64,000 nucleotides of DNA. Source: Mobula hypostoma (lineage: Eukaryota). A program made the position numbers and the translations under genes. The notes below the pieces were generated by a model. That model made no database searches. It was not told the DNA's origin and saw only the letters and a program-made list of their open reading frames with translations. Numbering within the stretch: position 1 is the first letter of the stretch; the number at the start of each line of letters is the position of its first letter. The stretch spans positions 24,428,001 to 24,492,000 of the forward strand of contig NC_086117.1 of assembly GCF_963921235.1 (NCBI RefSeq), written 5' to 3'. Positions 12,088 to 25,677 of this stretch are shown one piece after another.

Positions 12088-12223
12088 TGGGCAGATTGAT
12101 CATATATGGTGCAAATTAAATTTAACAGGGAGAGAGGTGAAGTGATACATTTGTGCAGAAAAGGTGTGAAAGACCACATAGACAAGATGGCATGCAGAAT
12201 AAAGCAAAAGTCTTAGGCATGTG

Positions 12224-13801
12224 CAGTGGTGCTAGAAAGTTTGTGAACCCTGTAGAATTTTGTCTATTCCAGCATAAATATGATCTAAAATGTGATCCAA
12301 TCTTCAAGTAAGTCCTAAAACTAGATTAAGTGAACCCAATTAAATAAATAACACAAAACATTATATTTGTTCATTTATTTATTGAGAAAATAATCCAATA
12401 TTACATGTTTTTGTTGGAAAAAGTATGTGAACCTCTGCGATAATGCCTTCTACAAAAGCTATTTGGAGTCAGGTATTCCAATCAATGAGATGAGATTGGA
12501 GGTGTGGGTTGTAGTGGTGCCCTGCCCAACAAAAAAAGACACACAAAGTCAGATACTGGCAGAGCCTGCTCTTCCCAAGAAGGATCTGTTTATGTGCGCC
12601 TTGTCCCAATCAAAATAAGTTTCAGAGAACCTTAGAAGAAGAATTGTAGAGATGCATGAAGCTGGAAAAGGCTACAAAAAACCATTTCTAAAGTTCTGAG
12701 TGTTCATCAGTGCACAGTAAGAGAAATTGTCTACAAATGGAGGAAACTCAGTACTGTTCCTACTCTCCCTAGAAGTGGGCGTCCTGCAAAGTTCACACCA
12801 AGAGCACAGTGTGCAGTGCTGAAGGAGGTGAAAAAGAACCCAAGAGTAACAGCAAAAGACCGGCTGAAATCTCTAGAACTTTCTAAAGTCTCTGTTTCTG
12901 TGTCCACTATAAGAAAACCACTGAACAAGAATGGTATTGGTGTTCATGGAAGGAACTGCTCTCCAAAAAAAAAATTGCTACACATCTCAAGTTTGCAAAA
13001 GACTACCTGGATGGTCCACAACACTTCTGGGATAATATTCTGTGGACAGATGAGACAAAAGTTGAACTCTTTGGCAGAAATGCACATTGCTATGTTTGGA
13101 GGTAAGAGGGCACTGGACACCAACACTGAAGTGTCATCCCAACTGTGAAACATGATGGAAGGAGCATCATGGTTTAGAACTGCTTTGCTGCCTCAGGGCA
13201 TGGACAACTGGCAATTGTTGAGGGAACAATGAATTCAAAATCGTATTGAGACATTTCACAGGAAAACGTCAGGCTACCGGTCCATCACCTGAAGCTTAAT
13301 AGAAGTTGGATAATGCAACAAGACAATGATCCAAAAGACAAGAGTAAATCATCAACAGAATGGATTGAAAAGAAGAAAATTTGTGTTTTGGAATGGCTGA
13401 GTCAAAGTCCTGACCTTAATCCTATAAAAATGTTGTGGAAGGACCTGAAGCAAGCAGTTCATGCAAGGAAGCCCACCAACATCTCAGAATTGAAGCAGTT
13501 TTGTCAGGAGGGATGGCCTAAAATTCCTCCAAGGCAATGTGCAGTACTGATCAACAGTTCCCGGAAATGTTTGGTTAAAGTTATCGCTGTACAGGTGGGT
13601 CACACCAGTTACTGAAAACAAAGGTTCACATACTTTTTCCAACAAATACATGTAATATTGGATAATTTTTCTCAATAAAAATGAATTAGTATAATATTTT
13701 TGTGTTATTTACCTAATTGGGTTCTCTTTATCTGATTTTAGGACCTACACATTTTAGAAATGAAGAAAATTCTACAGTTCACAAACTTTCTAGCACCTCT
13801 G
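12224..13801 (+). mobile_element. Tc1/mariner DNA transposon, near full length, long TIRs, defective transposase
   Basis: TIR cagtggtgctagaaagtttgtgaac / gttcacaaactttctagcacctctg|TA, inverted repeats ~200 bp. Transposase remnants SGRP.K, WTDETK, QQDNDPK, SPDLNPIKMLW (catalytic E changed to K), with frameshifts. Confidence 0.93.
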
Positions 13802-14263
13802 TATATACTGTAGCTAGGATGCTTAATACTTTAGCACAGTCGTGTAGTAATTTTATGTATTGCACTGTACTACTGCCGCAAAAAAAACAAATTTCATGAC
13901 AATCGTGAGTGAAAAACCTGATTCTGATATGGGTCTCCATTTGTGGACTGAAAGTGAGAAGGGGGCAGGAAGAGGGGAATCATGGTTGGAAAAAGAGGAA
14001 GGGAGAGGGGAGGGAGCAGGAAGCACTCTTACGTAGAGAGTCATTATGTAGTGAGCGGTAAACCAATCGTTTGGAATCAAATGACCTTTCAGGGCTGGGT
14101 ATGTCTGCACCCACATCATCTCCCCCCGGCCGATCTCCCCACCCCAGGAATTCCTCTACCCTCTGTCACACACTCCTCACGTGGCAGTCCACCCTTGCCA
14201 TTCCCAACATCATTTACTCCCACCAGATTTACAAACTTGCTCTCTTCTCCACCTTGAAAAATA

Positions 14264-14317
14264 CAGTACTGTGTAAAAGTCTTAGGCACCCTAGCTTTTG
14301 ACTTTTGCACAGTACCG
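14264..14317. mobile_element. 54-bp Tc1-type MITE flanked by TA
   Basis: TA|cagtactgtgtaaaagtc...gacttttgcacagtaccg|TA. Confidence 0.7.
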
Positions 14318-15630
14318 TAGATGTGAAGGAACAGGTCCTGGTGTGTAAAATGAAATGACAGATTGAGAGAAAGGTTAGTAAAGTATATGGAATCTTGAGC
14401 TTGGTGAACTGAGGCAGAGGGTACAAGAGCAAGGGGATTATGTTGAATCTACATAAACTCTTGGTAAAGTCACAAATGGAGTGTTGTATCTATTTCTAAA
14501 TGGTTCAAGGACCAATGAACATGTTTGCAGTGATAGGTAAAAGATATTGAGGTGGGAATGTAGAGAAAAGCATTTTTTCCTAAATGGAGGATGTTCAGAT
14601 TTGGAAATCACTAATGGTGGAAAAAGTCAATGAAGCCTTCAAAGAGGAATTTAATGGGCACTAAAAATTAATTTGCAGGTCTGTGGGGAATAGGATAGAT
14701 GGAGACACAAGTGATTGTCCTCATTCTTGGTGAAGACTAATTTAAATATTAATTATTCCCACATACCCTTCACCTCTATGCAGAGATGACATTGTTGATT
14801 TCTGATTACCTAAACTAGCTTACAAAGTTCAAAGTAAATTTATTATCAAAGTACATATATGTCACCATATTCAACTCTGAGGTTCATTTTCTTGCGGGCA
14901 TACTCAATAAATCCAATAATCATAATAGAATCAAATGACAGACTGCACAAACAGGGCAGGCAAACAGTGTGAAAAAAAAACAAAAAGTTACTTGCCTTTA
15001 ACAACATTTTGCATTCCTTTTCACATCAACTGCTCCACTGATATTCGCTCTTTCTCTTACTTAATCTTTTTCATTTTCCCATTCAGCTTTTTATATTCAG
15101 CCTGGTTCTCACATGAATTATTGATTTGACATGTGTTATATGCCTCAGGTTTTTTTGATTCATCATATTTCCAATCTTCCTTTTCATCTGTGGAGCACTG
15201 GCTTCGGCTTGTACCTTCCCCTTTTGGGAATATCCTAGCATGCATGTGATACATCTCCTCCTTAGAAATCACAAATTGTAGCTTTACAAATTTCTCTGAC
15301 AATTTCTGGTCCCAGATCTCTTTCCATCCCCTTGAAGTGAAATGGAAAGAGGTCTGGAATCAGAAATTGTCAGATTAAGTTCTACTGCAACAATTTGTGA
15401 TTTCTAAGAAATACTTAGTTAAAATTGTACTGGAACCAGAAATTGTCTCTGCCAATTAAGATATTTCATTTCAAATTTGTCCTCATCCTTACCCATTACT
15501 AATTTAAACCTTGAGCTATAATGAACTTCTATTCCCCAACTGCTCTTCCACTGATCTATGGTTGATTTTGTGCTCTCTATTTCCCAAACTAAACTCAACA
15601 ATACCTCCTTTCTTGATAGATCAAAACATA

Positions 15631-17198
15631 CTCTGCCTATAAAAAGTATTCACCCTCCCCCACCCCCGGAAGCTTTCATGTTTTATTGTTTTACAACATT
15701 GAATCACAGTGGATTTAATTTCGCTTTTTTGACATTGATCAACAGAAAAAAGACTATTTTGTGTCAAAGTGAAAACAGATCTCTACAAAGTGTTCTAAAT
15801 TAATTACAAATATAAAACACAAAGTAATTGATTGCATAAGTATTCACCCCCCTTTAATATGACACACCAAATCATCACTGGTGCAACCATTTGGTTTCAG
15901 AAGTCATGTAATTAGTTAAATGAAGACCTGTTTTAGGAGACCCGTATGCCGTCAAGGTGTTTCAATTGATTGTAGTAAAAGGACACCTGTATCTGGAAGG
16001 TCTAACTGCTGGTGAGCCAATATCCTGGCAAAAACTACTCCATGAAGACAAAAGAACACTCCAAGTAACTTCGCAAAAAGTTATTGAAAAGCATAAGTCA
16101 GAAGATGGATACAAGAAAATTTCCAAGTCAGTGAATATCCCTTGGAGTGCAGTTAAGTCAATCATTAAGAAATGGAAAGAATATGGCACAGGTGTAAATC
16201 TGCCTAGAGCAGGCTGCCTTCAAAAATTGAGTGGCAGTGGAAGAAGGGGACTAGTGAGGGAGGCCACCAAGAGACCTACGACATCTCTGGAGGTGTTACC
16301 AGCTTCAGTGGCTGAGGTGTGAGAGAATGCACCTACAACAACCTGGGTACTTCACCAGTCAGAGCTCAATGGGAGAGTGGCAAAGAGAAAGCCACTGTTG
16401 TGAAAAAAACACATGAAATCTTGGCTAGAGTTTGCCAGAAGGCATGTAGGAGACTCTGAGGTCAGCTGGAACCAAAACTGAGCTTTTTTGGCCATCAGAC
16501 CAAACACCGCACATCATCAAAAACGTAGCATCCCTACTGTGAAGCATGGTGGTGACTGGATCATGCTGTGGGGATGTTTCACTGCAGCAGGCCCTGAAAG
16601 AGGGTAAAATGAACGCAGCAAAATACAGGGAAATCCTGGAGGAAAACCTGATGCAGTCTGAAAGAGAACTGTGACTTGGGAGAAGACAATGACCCCAAAC
16701 ATAAAGCCAAAGCTACACAGGAATGGCTTAAAACCAACAAAGTTAATGTCCTGGAGTGGCCAAGTCAGAGTCCAGACCTCAATCCAATTGAGAATTTGTG
16801 GCTGGAATTGAAAAGGGCTGTTCACTTATAATCTCCAAGCAATCTGACAGAGCTTGAGCAGTTTTTGTAAAGAAGAACAAGGAAATATTGCAGTGTGCAG
16901 ACGTGCAAAGCTGATAGAGACCTATCCACACAGACTCAAGGCTGTAATTGCTGCCAAAGTTGCATCTACTAAATACTGATTTGAAGAAAGTGAATACTTA
17001 TGTAATCAATTATTTTGTGTTTTATATTTGTAATTAATTTAGGTCACTTGGTAGAGAGCTGTTTTCACTTTGACATGAAAGAGTCTTTTTCTGTCGATCA
17101 GTGTCAAAAACACCAAATTAAATCCACTGTGATTCAATGTTGTAAAACAATAAAGCATGAAAACTTCCAAGAGGGGTGAATACTTTTTATAGGCACTG
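15631..17198 (+). mobile_element. Second Tc1/mariner transposon (different family), IR/DR-type TIRs, defective
   Basis: TA|ctctgcctataaaaagtattcacc ... ggtgaatactttttataggcactg. ~220-bp TIRs with the direct repeat aagtattcac twice per end. [46 protein letters not shown]. Confidence 0.93.
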
Positions 17199-17689
17199 TT
17201 CTTCAGAAATTCCTTCCTCTCTTTGTGCTCTGCTCTATCTTTATCTCTACCATTATTGAAGTAACTGAAGTATTTGCCAGCTGCTCTCTCTGCAGAACCT
17301 GCCCTCTCTTTGGTATAACTGGGGCTACAAAGAGAAGGGGCCACCATGACCACCACAGAGGGTGCTAAGAGAGCCTCCAGATGGCTACGGACTAAAAGGT
17401 GTGATCCGTGGACCAACGCTATTTGGACATAAGCCAGGGCCTGATCAATCCTGGCTGGGTCGCCTGGGCGAGGGTGTCTGACCTAAAACACCTGATGACC
17501 CCAGGTTACATCACTGATGATGTGTTCCAGTGCACCCTAGGATGTATCTCAGCATCAAGTTCCCCTGTCCCTTTTTTCCCACAAAAGTAGATTCTTTTCC
17601 ACCATAGTCAAGAACCCTTAGTGAAATTAATTGCAATCCCACAACTCCCAAGTTATCATAGCCTGTGTTCTCCCTATGGTTCCTTAAGG

Positions 17690-18175
17690 TTGTTAGCTGG
17701 GGGTTGTAATGGGGAATAGCTCCCTCTACCTATTACTAAGCCCAGTGGAACCATTTCTACTGACAAGGGAAGGGGCCAAGGTGGGTTACTGGCGCCTTAA
17801 AATCAGTCACTTTGGTCAGATGGGGCTCGTCAGCCGTGGTTGGCAGCTTATCTCGAAGGAAGTTTCTTTTCCCAAATCTCAGATGCCTTGCAGCTATACC
17901 CACTCATGGGGAAGGCGTCAGGAGCAAACCCTGAGGTAAAAATCTGGAGCTGGAGTAGGCAGTCCTACATTGAGTTTAACGCTGACCAGCAACTCCTGCA
18001 ACACTGCTGGAGCCAAACTGCCGCTCCTTTGGGTTCAACAGCTGCATGGAGAGGGGGACCTTGCTACATGGACACCAGCTTGTTCTCCATATCGAACTGC
18101 ACCGGCTTGTGCATCACATAGACAGCTGGGATGCAAAATGTATGGTTGACCCCGAAGAACAGAGGGCCTCAATGC
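17690..18175 (+). repeat. Non-coding interspersed repeat (same family as 28090-28670, opposite strand)
   Basis: Shared blocks such as aaggtgggttactggcgccttaaaa and gcagtcctacattgag. The class is uncertain, possibly a non-autonomous RTE-related element. Confidence 0.55.
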
Positions 18176-18974
18176 CCTCCCCACGCTTCCAGTCACGACT
18201 CTCATCTCGCTCTTGGTTGTCGATCAGCACTACATCTGAAGCTACCTTTCACTCCCCAGCTTCCAATTCTTCCTTTCTTCCTTTTACCTCAACAGTAGTT
18301 TCCATGTCCTGAACCAAGGATGTTATCTCCTTCCCCTGTAATCTCACTTTCAGTACTCCAAAACCCTGTGTTTAAAAACACGAAAGGAGGAATACACACT
18401 CAGCCACAAATAATAATGACCCTCTTACATAGAGTATAGACATTCAATGTAGGGAGTTACACAGGGAGACAAAGAGATAGGCAATAGGTGCTAAATTCTG
18501 ATCAGAGGCAATAATGTCAGGTTGATTTACAACGATTGTACTGTGTTCCCTTGCTGAAAGCTCCCTCTCCCATACACAGCATCCCTAAATGAAACCCAAT
18601 TTCCCTCGGGATCAATAAAGTATATCTATCTATCTAAAACCCAACCCCAGGACTTCAGGCGTGAGGCTCCACATTACAGTGAGGCATTTTCAATAAAGGT
18701 TTCTCCGGTTCAAAAGTCAGACACATAAAAGAATGAGATTCATATTCACATGAGGGACAATTTTTTTCAATCCGCATTACACTTTGATTATTTTCAACTT
18801 TTGGGCGACAATTGTAACTTCTAAATGGCAAACTAGAGTGTGTGGTCTGTGTGGTAAGCGTTGGGAGTTTATTTATTTATCTAGTGATACTGCGTGTAGT
18901 GGGCCCTTCCGAACCGCACCCCAACTTAGTCCTAACCTAATCACGGGACACAGGGTCAAAGGAGCAAGGTGAGA

Positions 18975-19310
18975 GGGCACGATGGCCCTGCACATCGTGC
19001 TGCTGCCTCCCAGCTCCAGTGAAGCAGGTTCGATCCCCACCTCCAGTGCTGTCTATGTGGAGTCTGCAAGTTCTTGCTGCGATCACTTGGGTTCCCACCA
19101 GTGTTACAGATGCAGTTTCCAGGTTAATAGATTAGTACAAATAATCCCTCAGTGGTCATAGCTGGTAGGAGAAGCAAAGTGGGGCTGATGGGCATGTGAT
19201 GCAGAATAGATGACTTGGGAATAAATGGGAGAGAGGATGGATGGAATTGCTCTGAGATCCAACATAGATTCAAGGGGCTGAACATCCTCTCTCTATGATA
19301 TAGGATGACA
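18975..19310 (+). mobile_element. V-SINE (HE1-like), degenerate
   Basis: tRNA-like head with B box ggttcgatcc, followed by the V-domain-like tgtggagtctgcaagttc. Confidence 0.6.
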
Positions 19311-20164
19311 GCTTTTTTCCCCTTGTATGCAAGTTGCCAGATCTGGTTAGACATATTCCTGTAGGTTTTAACCACATAACACCCCCCCCAACCACTCCCA
19401 CCCCATTGTTCAGTTGCCATGTTCACTCTCCCAGTGCTCTCTACCTTTGCACAGCCAATTGGGTGAAAATGTCCATCAAAAGAAACTTGCTCCCATCTTT
19501 ACATTGCATAAACAAAGAATTTAAAAAAAATACATGCTGATTTTTTTTCCCAATGTCAAACCTGTCCTTCAGGAATGTTTGTCTGCAGCAGAATCCTGGA
19601 GTCAGGTTCTGGCTCCTGGAAAATCCAGGATAATCCTTAGAGACTGGCAATTCTGTTGGGATCAAAATATGGCTGGCCTTCCATAATGCTGACTTGTTGC
19701 CTCTGAGTGCTTTTAAGGGCATGAGAGAGAACGGGGACATGTGGGAACTACACAAACCTCAGAGGGATACAGGAAAGCCAAGAGGGTAAAGGGTAACTGC
19801 GTGTGTGCGAAAGAGCAGGAAAATGAGACAGAGACAAATATACAAGTTGAAAGGTCATCGCATTCATGAAAAAGAACAAGGACATGAGAAAAGTTCAAAT
19901 TTAATGGGAGAACTCACAAAATGAACAATCACAATAATCACACACTGGCAGAAATGAACAAGGCTTTCGAAGGATCAGAGCTAAAGTCACAATTGTTTTT
20001 CTTTATGTAGAGCCACAGGAAGAACAAGATTATGTTGAGCAGGAAAATCAGAGGCTCGGGAAAATAAAACTTCTACACCTTTTTTCACTTCCTCAGAGCT
20101 TCCCAAAATACTTTACAGCCACAGAATTACTTTCCAAATGCAGACATTGTAGTGATGCAAAGGT

Positions 20165-20558
20165 CCTCTCCTTCACCATTCCCCATTCTTGTTTCCCTCT
20201 CACACCTTTTATCCTTTCCCGCCCATGACCTCCCCCTTCCCTTTCTTCCATGGCCTTCTGACCTCTCCTATCAGATTCCCCCTTCTCCAGTCCTTATCTC
20301 TTTCACCAATCAACTTCCCAGCTTTTTACTTCACCCCTCCCCCTCTCCTGGGTTCACCAATCACCTGCCACCTTGTACTTATTCCTCCCCTCCCCCCACC
20401 TTCTCACTCCGATTCCTTCCCCTTTCTTTTAAATCCCGACAAAGGGTCTCGGCCTGAAACACTTTTCCATAGCTGCTGCCTGGCCTGCTGAGTTCCTTCA
20501 GCGCTGTGCGTGTGTTGCTCTGAATTCCCAGCATCTGCAGAGTTTCTCTTGTTTGTGA
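20165..20558 (+). mobile_element. Penelope-like 3' UTR/pLTR fragment, hammerhead decayed
   Basis: Same UTR and terminal signature as the other PLE copies. Confidence 0.75.
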
Positions 20559-21557
20559 TCTACAAATTTTCTCGAGTTAATGTTAATTCAATGATAAATA
20601 TTGTCCCAGATATGGCAACAAACCTCCTGCTCAGGCCTGAAATAGTCTCCATGGAATCTTTTTACATTCAGCTGAGAGAACTTCTCATGCAAGGAACAGC
20701 ACACCCAACAGTATGTAACTTCGTCAGTATTGCACTGAGTGTTTGTCAACATTTTCAAATATGAGCCGTGCTTGGCCAGAGCTAATTGAATTGCCTTCGG
20801 CCTGCAGAAAGGTGCAATGGCGCCAATGGAATTAAAAAGCTCCTCAGTTCTGATCCATTGTCTCCCGCAAACTAAACCAACTGAATGTAATTCCAGTGAG
20901 GCTCCCTGCAGCACAGTACTGAAATGATTTTTTTTCCCAAATATATTTTCTTTTCAAACAGAGTCCAGCACAAACACAACCTCCCCACTGACAAGCGCTA
21001 CAAAGGAAAGAAAAACACAAGGTCCCAGCAGTGACTACATCAATTTGTCACAAAGCCTTTGACTCAAGTCTCATGGTAGGAGAACTCGGCTGGCTCCAGA
21101 TCAGAAAAAATCATCCATTTGTAGAGGATGTGACTGAGCTGTGCAAAACCAGGACGGGTTTTGATACACTGATGGACACAGAGGTTTCAGATCATTGTCA
21201 AAAGAATCAGACTGAGAGTCGAGTTGAAGACCTTCTTTCCCCCCTATGTATCTGTGTAGGATGACGAAAACAGATTCAACAAACACCTTCAAAAGACTGG
21301 TAAATGCTTGAAAAAATAGCAAGAAAACTTGCAGGTCTGGGGATAATCGGGGGACTGGGACCCACTGGATATATTTTACAAAGAGTCAATGAAAACATGT
21401 TTTATGTTTGGCTGAATGATCTTCAACTTTATTGTATTTCTCAGAAGCAATAAAGTGCTATTCACACAGGATAGTTTACTCTGAAGAGTCGTTACAGAAA
21501 AACTCTTGGGGAACTTATGCATAATAAATTTCCACAGTGGAATGACTCACTTAATGA

Positions 21558-21945
21558 CCATTACACCACTAGCGTTTAGGACAAGAATGAAGGTCCCCCA
21601 TCTCTGGCAGTGTTCAGGGCTTCCTTCATCATGTCAGTAGCTTCCCAGTTTTCACTATTGTCAGTCATGCAAGACCCAGGTGGACACTCAGGAACACCAT
21701 CACATTCAGATGTAGGATTCTTCATTGCCGTTTCCTTAACAATTTTGTTTTTACCAGGGAGGGTTGTTAGCCCTCAGCTGAACCCTTGAACCTGGAGGAC
21801 TGGTGGACCACTCTTAGTCTGTCCTCTACCCTTTGACCTTTTTGGCATGGGTGCCCCACCAAGAGCCAAAGCATAAAGCCCTGACTCCAGCAATCTGAGC
21901 GCTCTGGGTCAATGAGACATAGAAGTCTCCAAACCAAACAACAAG
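21558..21945 (-). repeat. Interspersed repeat (same family as 59695-60100)
   Basis: Long shared blocks: aatgaaggtc, gtgttcagggcttccttcatcatgtcagtagc, gttgttagccct.agctgaacc. Confidence 0.6.
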
Positions 21946-23661
21946 TTTATGACCCTCCTGGAGGGTACTGGAATGCACACAAGGGAGTTTTACTTTTCTC
22001 GTCATTGAGGAGGTTGTTTGAAAGTCAAACATCAAGCAGGACATTAGGAGATTTCCTACTGTCCTTCATATATCCTAAGCCACCACAGCAGACAGCTATA
22101 TGTCCCCTCTCCAGCTTCACCCATACAACTACAACCGATGAAATGGTATATCCAAAATGATTACTGGGTCTGGTCGGAAATGATATAATGATACATGATA
22201 CAATGTTTGAATATCATGAATATTCAAGGTTAGGTAACAAACAGTGTATGGCAAAAAGAGTATAAACATGTATTTTGCATCAGTGTTTGCTTTTGAAGAT
22301 ACTTGGTTGTTAAGCGTTCAATGATTTTAAACAAAATTGGTAACATTAAATTGGTTGTTGCAGTTCACTTCATTCATGCCTCTGTTATCTCTACATCTGA
22401 TTATCCAAAAATCTCCTGGCTGATCCCCAAGTCTCCTAATTACATTAACGTATCATCAGCCTAAAACCTGCTGCCCATTAGTGAACAAATACCAAACCCC
22501 CTTCATCACTGCGCCTCTGCTCATAGACTGACACTGACCCCTGACACAGCAACTCTGCAACCTTGTCAAATTCACATTCCTCTTCCCAAATTCCTACATG
22601 GTCTCACCCATCCTTACCTCGGATCTCCAACCATGTTTAAGTACTCCAGAAGACCATAAGACATAGGAGCAGAATTGGGCCATTTCGAGTCCGCTCCACC
22701 ATTCAATCATGGCCGATCCTTTTTCTCCCCCCTCTAGCCCATCAATCATTCTTGAATTTTAATCGCTCTTTCCTCGACACCTATGCCTTCAGTTCTCAAA
22801 GCCCTGAGACTGGAATTTTTTAAACCATAAATCTCTTTGCCTCACTTCTCTTTCCACTGTTAGAACAGTGCAAATTTGATGAATACCACCATCTCCTGTG
22901 TAGCCATACTGGAATTTCCTAGACTCAGTATCAATTTCTCCATTGTTAGGTAACTCACTTTTCCTGTCCGTGTCAGAATTGGCCATTTTAATCCATCATT
23001 ATTTTGGCTTGATTGTTATTATGCTATTTGTATGGTCTAGCCTGCTTATCCTCTCATTATGCAGAAGCGTAACTGCCTTCATTAACTATCATTATTACCC
23101 TCGACCATTAGGTTCTAAGATGAGTCAACCTACAGCGGGAGAAGTGATGACCCTCTCCTGTTAGACTGTTTAAGGTAACTGATTTTTTTATTCTTTCTTA
23201 CTTCTCTTCTAATATTCATATATTTGTATATCTGGGCACTTGTAATTTGTGACACTGTAACTTCCTTTGGGATCAATAAAGTATCTATCGATTTGAACTT
23301 GCATTATCAGAGGTTACATCCTTTGTTCTACTTGTTCACCTCGCTGACAGAAAACTAATTTCTCTTTTCCCCCGTCGCAGTTCTGTCGAAGGATTCTCTA
23401 CCTAATACATTGATTATTTCATTTCCTCAAATATTCCCTGGACGTACGGAAACTTTCCAGCAGTGCTGTTTTCACATTTCTAGACTCTGCTGTTAATCAA
23501 TCTCCTGCCGCCAGTAACGCACCAAGACTTTGCCCAGTTCATGTTTAAGGCATGCAGTGGGACTTGAATAATGAGAAGCAAAAATGCTGTTGTCTAATCC
23601 AAATTTCAACCCCGAGGCCACCAGTCATTCTCACCTGCTCATCACAGTCAGGTGGATTCGA

Positions 23662-23818
23662 TAAAAAATGCTGGTGAACGCAGCAGGCCAGGCAGCATCT
23701 ATAGGATGAGATACAGTCGACTGTACCTCTTCCTATAGATGCTGCCTGGCCTGCTGCATTCACCAGCATTTCTGTGTGTGTTGCTTCAATTTCCAGCATC
23801 TACAGGTTTCCTCATGTT
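23662..23818. mobile_element. PLE fold-back insertion, loop-less palindrome, 11-bp TSD
   Basis: Arms 23666-23718 and 23719-23771 (3 mismatches), centred on CAGTC|GACTG. TSD ggtggattcga at 23651-23661 and 23819-23829. Confidence 0.88.
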
Positions 23819-24849
23819 GGTGGATTCGACAGCCTGCTAACTTGATCTCCTTGGTGAGAGGGATGGAATAGGGTGACCATGAATAACTTCAACACCTTAC
23901 GTAGACAAAGGATTTTGTAAGCAGTTGGTGCGAGGAATACAGGAAGTAACCCAATCAGGCCAGTAAACGTTTTGCAGCATTCGATGAAGGCTGAGACACA
24001 CTTTAACTCCATTACACCACTCCCCCCCCCCCGATTCCGTAACTGATCAAATCTTTCTATAACAATAAGTAATCCATTTCTGACTGACCGCCAGCCTTGT
24101 GTGTCTTGAGGGAGGAGGTGGCAGATTTTCAGATTCCCACTTCTTTTTGTGCTGCCTGATTGCCATTATGTTATTAAGGTAAGGTTCATGTGTGGTGCTG
24201 GAATTAGGGTGGAGACAGTGTCACCACACCATTGCCTCATCTACCCCCATGCCCCAGAAAGCCTTACAATTAAGGGCCACTTGCAACTGCTTGAATTAGA
24301 GTAAATTACAAAATCGTTGTGTAATTAAGTCCCAAGAATAAAATCTGCTCTCCCCTCCACCTCTTACTCTGGACTGCCACAGAAAAATTCCTTTCCATCT
24401 ATCTAAGCTCTTCAATTAGATCACCCCTTAAGTTCCAAGAGTTTTTGAAAAGAGAAGTTATTCATTTCACGGGATATGGGGATCATTCACAGGGGCAATG
24501 TATATCGACAATCGCACATTTCCCTTGAGAAGGTAGTGAGAAGCCACCCTGCCCAACATCATCATCATGGAAAAACCGACAGGAGAGATGGAGGGCAGGA
24601 TGTGTCAGGAGTTAAAGGACCAGAGACGTATTTCTGAGTCAGGAGGGTGTGCAGCTTGAAGGACAGACAACCTGCAGATGGTGAGAGTGCCCCGTCCTCC
24701 TTGCAGGAAGTGGAAACATTTTTTGGAGGTGCTGTTGGAGCAGACCAGCAAGTAACTGAAGTACACTTTGAGGATGGAACACTTTGAAGCTTGGAGAAGC
24801 ATTATCTGTCTGTGACAATGAATGAGGGCATGACTGTGTCCTGGTTCAG

Positions 24850-25677
24850 GCTTCCGGTTTAAGATGCCGTGTCACAGCTTACTGGTGGTTCAAAAACCAA
24901 GAAATTCGATTAAAAACATTATTAATCACATTTTCTTTGAAGTAAATTGTGGTAAACTATCACTGCAAACAATGAAGAGGCGAGCGAAGGCAAAGAAAAT
25001 TTGAGAGACGTGCCATGCTGGTGTGCTGCCAAACCGACACACTTGGAGTTGGAGCTGTGCTGGTTGGAGTGAACAATTTGGAGAGAAGTCAAGACAGTGG
25101 ACTTCTGATGGCTGTCCCAATAACCTGTGTGTGAAGGTGGATCACTCTAAGCACTGAGCCGATTTGGAGAGGGCGAGAACGGCTCCTTCGGCAGTGAAAT
25201 CTAGGCCCGAAGCAAATTGCTGGGTGGTGTGTTCTAGGCCTTGAGTGATTCGCTGTGGTGAAGCCTGGGTCTTAATACGAGGTACGATCTGCTGTCCAAA
25301 CAATTTAAACGCCGGCCCAGATAGACTGTGGGCTCCTCCCTCCACGATGCTGAGGCTGTGAGACTGCCCCTGGCTGCTGTGCTTCGCATCTGTGAACTTT
25401 ACGGTGACTTGACCCACTATGATGAACCGAATACCGAGACTTTGAGTCCACTCCGGGGATTCAGATCTAGGGACTCAATTTAGTTTGGAATACTGCTGTT
25501 GCTGCTCACTTCTACTGATTGCATGATCTGTGTTTTTTTTCTCTTTCTCTGTGCTTTGGGGGTTGGTCTTTATTTTTTTTAATTGGGTTTCTTGCTTTGC
25601 AGCTGCCTGCAAGCAGAGAAATACCAAGGTTGGAACATTTATACATTATTTGATAATAAATGTACTTTAAATCTTTG
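24850..25677 (+). repeat. Putative non-autonomous retroelement
   Basis: Starts with ttccggtttaagatg, has a CpG-rich body, and ends with the same T-rich aataaatgtacttt tail as the Rex-type fragments. No coding motif. Confidence 0.4.
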
